Below are positions 1 to 10,208 of a DNA stretch of 64,000 bases, piece by piece. Every line of letters starts with the position of its first letter. Positions within the stretch are counted from its first letter, which is position 1. The DNA is from Amoebophrya sp. A120. Its lineage: Eukaryota; Protista; Dinoflagellata. The stretch is from contig CAJINV010000001.1 in NCBI GenBank assembly GCA_905178155.1, positions 4,013,329 through 4,077,328 of the forward strand, in the 5' to 3' direction. The position numbers and the translations under genes were made by a program. The notes under the pieces are model-generated. The model did not search any database. It was not told the origin of the DNA and saw only the letters and a program-made list of their open reading frames with translations.

Positions 1-1810
1 ATAATATTGGGGTAAGGAATGCGGAGGATGCGATCTAACTGGGCTCCTCCGAGGAGATGCGGTCTTCGTCTTTTTTCAAAGTGATCCACTGACTCCCGAT
101 TCTATTTTCCAGAAAGAGCTACTGCTACCCTTTTTCCAGTACATTTCTTGAGGAGTGATTCCGCGCAGTATAATGAATGAGCCTAGTGACTCTGCGAATT
201 TTTATTGCTTTTGCTGGCGTGGTTGATATAGTCTCACGACTACAGGAGTTTCTACATCACAGCGGCTATGCCTATGTTTGCTGTCGGAGGAGGTCGCGAT
301 GTAGTTTTTCTGAATCGGATGCGGGTTGTTCGTTACACGTGCAGAGCACTGGCGTGGAGAAGGATCGACATGGCGAAAGCCGAAGTCGAAGAGGGCAGTC
401 CATAAAAAATGTGCTGCGTTGCATTGTTGCACGACATTCAAATGATCGCAATACTGCTCAATGCGATTGTTAGCGGTGTTTTGTGGTTCTCGTTGTTCGC
501 AAGTTTCTTACGGGGAAAAAATAGCAGCTGAGTTTGTGGGAAAGGTAGTTTGCCAAATAGCCGGATGATGAATTTGTGAGCAGGGTGATGGGGCGGGTAA
601 TTCGGCGAACCGGCGGAGGACCAAGGGGCGCGCCGCTCGTGGTGGAGGTCTCGAGCTGTTTCGGCATTGCGCAGGAAATTGGCGGCCCCTTCATCAAGCA
701 AGCGGCGGCGCCTGCCCTTGCCAGATGGGGCCGGCGCAGATTGTGGGGAGGGGGTGCCGAAAGGCTTGGCCTAGAAGCGCGCCACGTCCTCGAAGGCCGA
801 GCAGGAAGACCGCGCGCGATTCTTTGATCCGGGGCTCCGGTAAGTTGGTCGGCGGCTTCTGTGTGTTCCGGCCGAACAAGCTGCCCAACGCGGCCGCGGA
901 GGTGTCGGCCCCCGGCATTGCGCCGGGCGACGCATATCGGAGGCCCGCGGGGGGGGGGGGGCAGCTTTGGGTGGCAGCGGCCGCGCAGCTCTGGGGCCGC
1001 CCCGGCCCGCCCAGGGCGATGCCACGGCCGGCGAGACGCGGGCGGCGCGGGAAGCGCGTAGCCGGCGAGGAAACGGCGCGCGGCTTGCCGGGAAGGCCGG
1101 CGAACGGGACAAGCAGCACCTTCGCGCCTCCCCGTGCCGCCCGGAAGTCCCCGAATGGTGGACCAGGCCGCCGCCTGCTTCGAAGGCCTGGCGAAAAACT
1201 TCGGGCGCCCGCCAAGGCCGGCGAGCTTCGGCGATGGATGCCGCGGCGCAAACGGGTCGCGCTGGCGTTTTTTGGTCGCGGGCGTATCGATGCTAATTAG
1301 AAGCAATATCTTTGGCGCTGTGAGGCCGTAAGTTAGTGACTTAGTGGCGCGGAATTGGCGGGGTTGTAATTTCAAAAGAGGCCCAGGGCCGTCCTGCGCG
1401 TTTGCCGGGGCGGCCGCGAGCGCGGTACGTAGGCCGCCGCTAAAAAGGGGGCGAAGGAGAGCACTCCGGCGAACCGGGGCGCGAGGGCAATGGCGCAACA
1501 TGTTCGCGGGGCCGGCTGGTGGATAGGCCGCTCCGCGCCCCAGGCGCGGGCGCCTGGCTTTGGTGCAATGGGCGCGCCCCCCGCCCCCCCTCCGCTTCTT
1601 GGCCTTGTGTTGCCGTGGCCATTTGCAACGAACGCGCAAAGCCATTGGCGGGCAGAGTTGACCAAGAGGGTTGCCCCCATGTTACATTTGGCACTTCAGT
1701 CGTTCCTCCGGCGCGATGCCACGCATCCGCACAGCGCGAAAAGCTGCCATCCGTCACTTGATGGAGTACAGCCAGCGACAGCGAGCGGCCGGGGCTTCGA
1801 GTAGCCAGTA

Positions 1811-2876
1811 TACAAGTGACAAGCTCCCCCTCCCCCTCAAAATATTACTTTTTTGTAATATTTCGCAATTTATTTGGTTACCAAATAATGCGTTTTTATG
1901 TCACCAAATGTTGCACTTTTGTGCCATCAAATCGCGCACGTTTCGACTCCAATAAATGCGAAGCGATCCATCGCGTTGCGTTTTGTGGCAGCAAACGCGT
2001 CGCAAAAGGTCGCGGACCCGGAGTGTCTTCGTGCCTTTGATCGGTCGAGCCTGTGATCTCCGCACACCTGGCGCAGAAATCGGGGTCAGATGACTGCGTC
2101 AGGAATAAACAAGGAGACGGCAACAACCAAAAGAAAATGCCGGGCCTTCTTCTGCGTGTAAGTTGATAAGTTGCAAGACTTCCGGCAAATGCTCGCCAAA
2201 TCGCCACTTTTTGTGTCGTCAAATCAGCGACTTTTTTGCGACCTCGGAAGTGAGCTCAAAAAATATTACTCTTTGATCGCTAATCACGATGCTATGGGCC
2301 CACTCCCCCTCATGAGGGAAAGTGGACGGCTTTGGTGAGGGGGAGTGAGCCCATAGCATCGCGATTAGCGAAAATTGCAGCGTTTTGGCCCCGGCAAATC
2401 GTCCCCATAGCATGCAGCCTAGCTCCTAGAAAAAAATTAAAAAAGCGCTCGCTTTTTCATTCAAATCATCCACTTTTTGTCATTCAAATCATCCACTTTT
2501 TGTCATTCAAATCAGCGACTTTTTGGGCTCGGAGCTGCGAGCCGCCAAAAAGGAGCAAAAAATATTACATTTTGATGGCTAATCGCGATGCTATGGGCCC
2601 ACTCCCCCTCATGAGGGGAAGTGGACAGCCTTGGCGAGGGGGAGTGAGCCCAAAGCATCGCGATTAGCTTTCACAACATAGCGAGAGACTGCAAACTTTT
2701 GCGACGCTTTTGGTCGCACAAAAAGCAACGCAAGCGCTCCGCATTTGAGGTCGAAACGTGCGCGGTTTGATGACATAAAAGCGCACTATTTGGTGACATA
2801 GAAGCGCGCTATTTGGTAACCAAATATATACTCCAATATCAATATTTTGAGGGGGAGGGGGAGCTGAGCACTTGTA
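1811..2876. mobile_element. Non-autonomous TIR element (MITE-like) with ~200-bp imperfect TIRs, TA-flanked
   Basis: TA|TACAAGTGACAAGCTCCCCCTCCCCCTCAAAATATT... (1809-2010) is the imperfect inverse of ...AATATTTTGAGGGGGAGGGGGAGCTGAGCACTTGTA|TA (2695-2878). The TA flanks suggest Tc1/mariner-type mobilisation (inference). No transposase ORF. Confidence 0.85.
2221..2668. repeat. Two direct copies of a ~150-bp unit ending in a ~90-bp hairpin
   Basis: GCTAATC(A/G)CGATGCTATGGGCCCACTCCCCCTC...GAGGGGGAGTGAGCCCA(T/A)AGCATCGCGATTAGC at ~2279-2369 and ~2578-2668, each preceded by AAATCAGCGACTTTTT...AAAAATATTAC. Confidence 0.85.
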
Positions 2877-4474
2877 TAGCCAGCCAACGCCGGCCAGTAG
2901 CGGGGCGGTTTCGGCATGGTGGACCATCGCAGGCGTGGCGAGCAATGCCAACAATGCGGACCGCGGCTGCCGACGTGTGTTGATTATTGGCATGGCCATT
3001 GGGCCGATTGTCCAGAATGCGCACGCAGCGCGAGAGTCACGAGACTCCTTGTCGATGAGGGGCTCACCGTTTCAGAAGGCGAGCCGCTCGGGCACGAGTA
3101 CAAGGTCTGCGAGCGCGTGAACCTGTGCACTGGGCCGCGAGCAGATCCCAGGAAAGCCGCCGGGCATTTTCCATCGTGCGCCGCGTCTGAGAGTTTTGCA
3201 ATCGCACTCGTTCCGGGCAGGGGGCCCCTCCGCGGCGGGCTAGCTTGCAGCTTGGCAGCGCGGCCGCCTATTTGGTCCGCTCGCTTCGCGGCCCTTTCTT
3301 TGGGCTGGCCGGGCCCGCGGTACTGGGTTGGAGTCGCCAGGGCGGCTGAAAATAGACGCCGTCCGCGATTGCCCGACTGCGTGTTTGGCGCGCCAGTGTT
3401 GGTCCCCGCGGGCGGTCTGCCCTCTAGTTCTTCACTCTTGGGCGCCGTCCGCCGGCCCGCCCGCCCGGGCAGGCGCCGACAGCCGACCGTGCGTCGCGCG
3501 CCAGCTGATTTCAGGCGCGCCTGCCTCCCAGCAGCCGGCGCCGCGATGTCGATTTCTGGCGACCATGTGAACAACGCGATGCAATGACTCGGCGCCCGCT
3601 GCCGCAATGCGAATGCCCTCCTTCGCGTTTGCTCTTCCTTGGCGTTGGTTTTCTGTTGAAGGTGTTGGCCGCACCGACAAAAGGAATGGAGTGAAAACTG
3701 GAGTTGGCCGCGGAGTGAAAACTGGACTCACGATGAGCAAGCATGGTCATTTGCCCGCCTGTGGAAAGTGAACATACCACGGAGCGGAAACCACTTCCAG
3801 CGTTATCATATTCTAACGCAGTGCGCGAGCGCGTCTAATTGTTGCGCTTTTCTTTGTGCCTGCAAGCCGTGCGTGTATGCCTGTTGTTCGTCCACTTTTT
3901 TTATCTGCTGCTCCATGTTTTTTCGATACCTCAGCGCGGCCGCCATCGCCTCATCTTTTTCTTTCCTATGTCAATGGACCCCTCCGCGAAGCGTGTGGAG
4001 CAGCGCTGCGCTAGGTTGCTGCGTGTCTCTTTCTGACTCTGAATCTGATACAAGAACAAACTTGAAGTCTTGAGCGATATCGAAGCCGACGACCCATGAT
4101 ATCCCTGACCAGACACCAGCTCCGTAGTTTAGTCTATTAGTATGTTGCCGTCGACGATGAGCTGCAAGAGAAGGAGCGTCATGACCCGGCACGCTTGGCA
4201 GTTAATTTAATATCAGTCGCATTTCGATATCGATTCTTCCGTTCCTCGGTTGCGTGAGAAGATAGCACTAGAAGTAGTGTAGCAGCTGCAGCTCGAGGTC
4301 GAGGAGCGAGTGCGGGTTTAAGATATATACTTTATTAAAGGTTGGACACATGTACATGTTGATACCCGTAGCCGTACCCCATAGCTGCATGATATCGACC
4401 CGTCGTGGACAGAAATTTTACACACTCGCATTGAGCAGACGACTTGGCATCGGATCAAAGAACAACACGAAAGT

Positions 4475-6372
4475 ATGGAGTTCGATTTCAACGTCGCGCG
4501 AACGTTCGGGCTCCACAGCAACAGCGGCGTTGCCTGTTTGTCCGCCGACCGCATTGCCGATGCGAGCTCCAGCATCGATCCCCGGCGGAGGACCAGTGTC
4601 GCACCCAATGATCCCAGTCGACTCAAGAAGCAACTGTGTGAAGTCATCGAAGAGATGGGTAGAGCAAGCCAGATAGCGCAGGGACTCCGCCAACCGGTTA
4701 CGGTAAGTCGTGCTGCACAGTTGTGTGGCACAACATAACATCAATCGCCATGCTGCGCTTTCAGTAGAAATTGATTGAAACTCATGACTCATTCCTTGAG
4801 TATGAACGAGCGGAGGCCACTGCCAAAATTGATACTAGCAGACACATCGTTAAGTGCTCATTTCAAAAACACACGACGACCAAAATAATGCTTACAGAAC
4901 CTCATCAAGCTTTCGGGCTGCCCGGACCAGCGCGTGTACATTGCAATTTCGGATCGCAGCAAGGTGATCGGCTTGCTGAAGGTCGGCGTGAAGAAGCTCT
5001 TCGTGCAGACGCCCAGCATCAACACCAGCATCTACACCCGCAGCAGCGACACGGGCCAGATGGCGGAGATCCAGCCGCTCTGCGTTTTGGACTTCTACGT
5101 CCACGAGTCGTGCCAGCGTCAAGGGTGGGGCAAGAAACTGTTCGAGTATTTCCTCTGGCAGGAAAAGAAGAGCCCCACGAAGCTGGCCTACGACCGCCCG
5201 AGCTCGAAGTTGCTCAAGTTTTTAGACCGGCATTACGGGCTGAAGCAGTACACGCCGCAAACGAACAACTTCGTGGTCTACCACCGGTTCTTCGACAAAA
5301 AGGACAGCGGCTACATGCCCTCTTCCTGCCCGGTGTTGTTCGAGGAGCAACGGGAGCGGGCAGAATCCAAAGGAAATAAAGTGAAGTTTGCGGTGGAGGC
5401 CTCCACGTCCTCACCAGAGAAAGACTACGAGGCGGAGCGGTCCACGTCTTGTTCCGAGGGATCGCACCCCGGTGGACCCGCGGTTGCAGCATCTTCATCG
5501 AGCCGGTCGTCGCGAGGTGCAGCAGTTCCAACGGGCTACCGAAGTCAAGCCGACGCTGAGGGTGGCGCAGGGTCCCCGGAACTGCCGTCGCGGCACGACA
5601 TGGCGGAACAACTGAGAGGCGGCGAGGGAAAGCTCGCATCTGCACTAGAGCAAGCGAGGGCACTAACAAGGCTACAGGAGGAACAACGAAGTACCGCGGC
5701 GCTCGAGCAGCAACGGCAAGACTCACGAACCCACTTCCAGAAACACGTACTACTAGTACAGTTGCTTTCTTAATTTCTATAATTTCATGGCTTGACCATG
5801 GTGCGCTTGGCATTGGCTTTGCACTTTATCATTTTTCTTCTGTTCGACGTTTAGAACAATAAGTAATCTGTAAACACTCAGCCTGTTCGACGAGCGAGCA
5901 TCTGTAAACACTCACCTGGTGAGTGATTTCAGAACATTATCTGAGTCTGAATCTGTTTAAGTTTTTTTTTATTTTTCCAATGTCGATGTCGAAATAATAG
6001 CGCACATATAATTGACCTCCACAGCTATCTTCCACCTATGGCTCGCAATTCGCCGACCCCTCTCCCTACGACGCGGTGTCTGAACACTTCACCCGCCCAG
6101 CCTACGTACACTATCGTGATCGACAGCGACAGTCCAGCGGTGTCGCAAATTTGCTGTCTACGCACGGGTCGAAAAATGGAACGAGTGGCGTTGGAGCAAG
6201 CGAGCAGCCTCATGGCGAATTACAGAGGCAGAAGAAAACATCCCTGTACGGAAGCGATTTCCAGGCTCTCACGGGCTCCGACTCGAAGAGCATGCTCTCG
6301 CAACAGCAGCAGCTCAACAACATGGTGGCAAACAGCTTGAAAAATCCGCAAAGATCAAGAACGATTCTGTGA
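4475..6372 (+). CDS. ATAT1: Alpha-tubulin N-acetyltransferase (MEC-17/ATAT1 family); join(4475..4702,4898..5746,6025..6372)
   Basis: Motifs MGRASQIAQGLRQPVT, GLLKVGVKKLF, LCVLDFYVHESCQRQGWGKKLF, LAYDRPSSKLLKFL, PQTNNFVVY. Two phase-compatible GT-AG introns (4703-4897, 5747-6024). The third exon is less certain. Confidence 0.93.
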
Positions 6373-7586
6373 ACTCCTGACGAACAATAATATTCTCTTT
6401 CAATTTATTTTTCAATTCTTTTCCAAGTACGTCGTCTCGTGCGAACGAAGCCGAAGATTCTGATGAACGTGTGATCGCTTCTTGTTGTTGACCGCCACCG
6501 GACACAAGAAAAACTTTTCGCTTTCTTTCTCTGTTTTTCTCAGCATGCATTCAACTTTGTGGCACTTTCGTCGAGTGTGGCCGCGGCGCCGAACTTTCAG
6601 TTTGGCGTATGTCCTTTTTGAGAAGAATTTCGTTGCGTCCAAGTGGAGCTGCACCTTTCAAGATGCAGTAACAAGTACTTTTTATGAAGCGAAACTATGA
6701 CAACAAGCATTCTTCTAAATCTGATCTGAGCCCGACCCTCGCACACCCTCTGGCTGGCAAAGTAAGTACAACGCTTGCGCGACCGCTACTTCATCTATTG
6801 TGGTCACCAGAACTACACCCAGTGCCAGTGCTGACGACACTACGTGTTACCTGCGGAGGCAGAGCAGCAGAAGACGAAGGGGTTTGTTTCTTACACGCGT
6901 ATCTGACGCAGAATCGGGGTTGTCTTCTTCGGTCATAATCAACCTGCAGCTGATGGTTGCTCTTACCCGGAGCAGCTCGGAGCAGCTTCAATTCATGTTG
7001 TGTGCCAGATTTTGTCAAAGAAAAGATCCCGCTGCGGCAAGGAGATCAAAATCAAATGGATCATCTTCACATGAAGGAGATCTAGAAACTAGAAGAAGAG
7101 CACCCTTTTCATTCCAGAGGAACGGTAAAGCAGATCCAGATCTGGACGAAATACACAGTAATAAACAGATGACGAACATGACAAGACGAGTCCAACATGA
7201 GTATGGTGGTCAGAAAAGCAAAAACATATGGATGTTGTCACGTAAACCTAACAAGTAAACGTTACGTTTACTGGACATGATCCTTATCTAAATCTTATAC
7301 TTATCCGTCGACGACGAGCACAATGATCTTTCTTGGAGATTTGTCGTCTTTTTTTCTTTCTGCATTTCCTATGATGTGAAATGATGTCAGCGACCCAACA
7401 AACAAGCGACCTCTTCCCATCTGCACCTGTGACAAGATTTGAACCTCACATGCCCCGTCGTGGTGTTGTATTGGTGAAAATGAAGCAGTAGCAAATGTAA
7501 AACTATAAAGTTGAAGTTGTATTTTTATCATGTGCCTTTTTGAGCGAGAATATCGGTGGCGGGAAACCGTAAGAATCTGAAGAAAT

Positions 7587-9374
7587 ATGTTGCTTGTCGA
7601 AGAAGGCAACTCGGCGGGCACCAGGAAGATCACGTCGTCTTCTATGCCCGGACGACAGGAGCCTGCACCAGTCTCCCTCCAGCATCAGGATGGCGAGCTA
7701 GTACCTGCTGAACTCCCTCCGGAGCTGCAAGAGCAGCCTCCAACCATGTCCAAGCGCGCTGCCAACAAGTTGCTTCACAAGCAGAGCAAGCGACTCCGGC
7801 GCCACGACGACCGCGTGAAGAAGCACGAGGAATTGCTTGAAAAGGCGAAGGAACTGCGCAAGGAAATATCACAAGATCTGCCGCGGCTGACGGTCCCAGA
7901 TGCATCGCTCTATCAAAACCTCAGGGAATTTTGCGAAACGGAAATTCTGAAGGGAAAAGAAGCGTCTATTGATGAAGGATATCCTCACAATCATGAAGAG
8001 AGCTCTGACCCATCTACGGCGGAGGGCATTGTTGGCGCTTTCCTTCGGCGACCGACCGCTTATCATGCCAAGTACGCCGCCCAAGAGCTCTGTCTCGCAT
8101 ACCAGGTCTGGCGATTGATTCGCGCACAGGAGCAGAGGTCGTGCCGGGGGGAGACTGGAAGAGCATCACAAGCAGCGGCGAGGACGACCACGACGAACGG
8201 TGAAAGGACATTACAACGACCCGTAGACGCTCTTGTGGATGTTGGGGCCGGAAACGCGAATCTCAGCCTTTTTCTCGCTTTGCTGTTCGATCTGCCGGTG
8301 CTGATGGTGGAAATGGACTCCCCAAGAAAGGAATTGCGGGGCGAAGAGTGTCTTCCTACAGATGAGGGTGGTGACAGGGAAGATGTTGATGACCAACGAG
8401 GCACTTTGGCAAGGGAGGTCAGAAGAAACCTAATCCGCGTTCCAGACACGAGGATAGAAGGCTACACACTGCCGAGCGAGTACCAGAGTGTCATCGTTAT
8501 CGGCAAGCATCTGTGCGGCCCAGGAACCGACGCGGCGATCGAGTTTATCGCAAGAAATGAAAGTCGGGTCGCCGGATGCGTGTTCGCCACGTGCTGCTTC
8601 AACAAAATTTGCAACGACCATTACTTCGCAGAATGCTATGGCGATTTGCTGTTGAGAAACAAGAAAAACACGTCAGTCGCAGAGGTGGAAGGTCGTCGCG
8701 AGGACAACTTTGTTTGCGAGAGCGTGGAAGCCGAGGACGACAGCACAGGAGATCATGACGCAACTTCCGCAGCAATTTCGAGCATACAAATCAAACAGCG
8801 CATCCAAGAGCTGGCGCGCATGACTTCGTGGCGAAACACGCATCTTACCGATAACAGCCTGATTAGCGAGCCGATGCTGCGAGAAGCCGAATTTTTCGAG
8901 TCCTGGATCCAGCAATCGAGAATACACCGGCTCAAGCAAATTTTCACTGCGAGCGACGTGGACGAATTTCTCTACTGCCGCAGCGGCGCGCATTCGCAAC
9001 AGAACAGGTGCCTAATCGCAGGAACAACGTCAAGAGCTAAAAGAAGTCACCAGAATGACCAAGTCGAAAGCTGCGACACACAAATACAACAAACAGACGC
9101 TGAGAGGGTACCAGCCGAGGACTACTTGAGCACCGAACTTCCGTCTTTTTGGCAACGGATAAGGCATCGTGCGCACTTTCTTTCCTCGATATTACCAATC
9201 GACCTGAGACCCGTCGGGCTCGTCTCAGCGCGATACAACTTTGATGGCCGGGGCTTGTTGAAGAAGGCTGGAAAAGACTTAGATATCTGTCCAACAGTAG
9301 CAGAGGTGGACGAAGAAGACATTCTTGACGGATCCACTGCTTCCTCTCTAGCAGAAGTAGTCCCTTCGACTTGA
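7587..9374 (+). CDS. SAM-dependent methyltransferase, Trm13-like (tRNA:m4X 2'-O-methyltransferase family)
   Basis: 595-aa intronless ORF with VDVGAGNANLS (SAM-binding motif), IGKHLCGPGTD and ATCC motifs typical of the Trm13-type domain. Confidence 0.75.
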   Translation: MLLVEEGNSAGTRKITSSSMPGRQEPAPVSLQHQDGELVPAELPPELQEQPPTMSKRAANKLLHKQSKRLRRHDDRVKKHEELLEKAKELRKEISQDLPRLTVPDASLYQNLREFCETEILKGKEASIDEGYPHNHEESSDPSTAEGIVGAFLRRPTAYHAKYAAQELCLAYQVWRLIRAQEQRSCRGETGRASQAAARTTTTNGERTLQRPVDALVDVGAGNANLSLFLALLFDLPVLMVEMDSPRKELRGEECLPTDEGGDREDVDDQRGTLAREVRRNLIRVPDTRIEGYTLPSEYQSVIVIGKHLCGPGTDAAIEFIARNESRVAGCVFATCCFNKICNDHYFAECYGDLLLRNKKNTSVAEVEGRREDNFVCESVEAEDDSTGDHDATSAAISSIQIKQRIQELARMTSWRNTHLTDNSLISEPMLREAEFFESWIQQSRIHRLKQIFTASDVDEFLYCRSGAHSQQNRCLIAGTTSRAKRSHQNDQVESCDTQIQQTDAERVPAEDYLSTELPSFWQRIRHRAHFLSSILPIDLRPVGLVSARYNFDGRGLLKKAGKDLDICPTVAEVDEEDILDGSTASSLAEVVPST

Positions 9375-10208
9375 CGTTGACGAGGACCTCCACCCTCACA
9401 CTCGTGCGCCTGACAACTGGCTTCTTGAACACAATAAATGATGAAAGTAGATCGAACAAAAGTAGTTCTTTTTTACCGAGCAGCACTTTCACCGGCGACC
9501 TCAATCTTCAACGACGCATCCCTACAGCAGCATCATGTTGCTCATCATGGTGATGAAAACCCAAAGCGTAGAAAGCTCTACGACTTGTTCTGTACGACAT
9601 CAAGGTCCCTTTGTTCATATTCGTTCCCAGTGGCCGGATGAAGATCCAGCAGCGACTGCATCTTCATCCCTTTGGGTAATTAGAGTCATTACAGCGTCGA
9701 GCGCATTCTATTGTCCCTTTCGTTGTTGCAGCTGTTGGGCGGCGCAACTAGCAATGTTTTTAGTTTTACATGTTTTTTCAATATCGTGTCGTGGTCGGGA
9801 GAGACTTCTGAGTGTATGCCTGTTGACCTCCTCGTGAGCGTGAGGGTGATGATGGAGTGACGATTAGACGTTCGTAGTTCGATTTAGAAAGAAGATGCGA
9901 GCCTTGTCTAATGAAGATTAGTGTGGGTATGCATAGAAAGAAGCTTCAGCTCTCCGACGAATAGACACGTTTTTTTTCCTATGATGACGCAACTACATCG
10001 CAACTAGTTGTTGAAGAAAGAGGTCGAGAGTGTAAACATAAGATTCTGTTGCCTTGCAGAAGTATTAGAACCGGCAGAAACAGTAGCTGTAGCTGCACCT
10101 GTAAAAATAAAAAAGATCAACGAATTGTTGATGGACCTGAACTGGCTATTAGACTGTTGAATCTAGTTGGTATTGGTACCACTGGCTCCTATCGCCGGAA
10201 CCAAAAAC

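Noticed and set aside
470-1800. Many overlapping R/P/G/A-rich ORFs, including the 391-aa minus-strand ORF
   Set aside because: Stop-poor GC-rich DNA with no domain signature. It is probably repeat-derived, but I could not define ends.
2916-3587. ORF with CQQC...HWADCPEC, a possible zinc ribbon
   Set aside because: It lies in GC-rich DNA next to a TIR element with no other support, and the rest of the ORF is low-information.
3790-4120. Minus-strand coiled-coil-like reading (KEKDEAMAAALRYRKNMEQQIKK)
   Set aside because: Interrupted by stops, and I could not build a consistent exon model. It may be a real or decayed gene.
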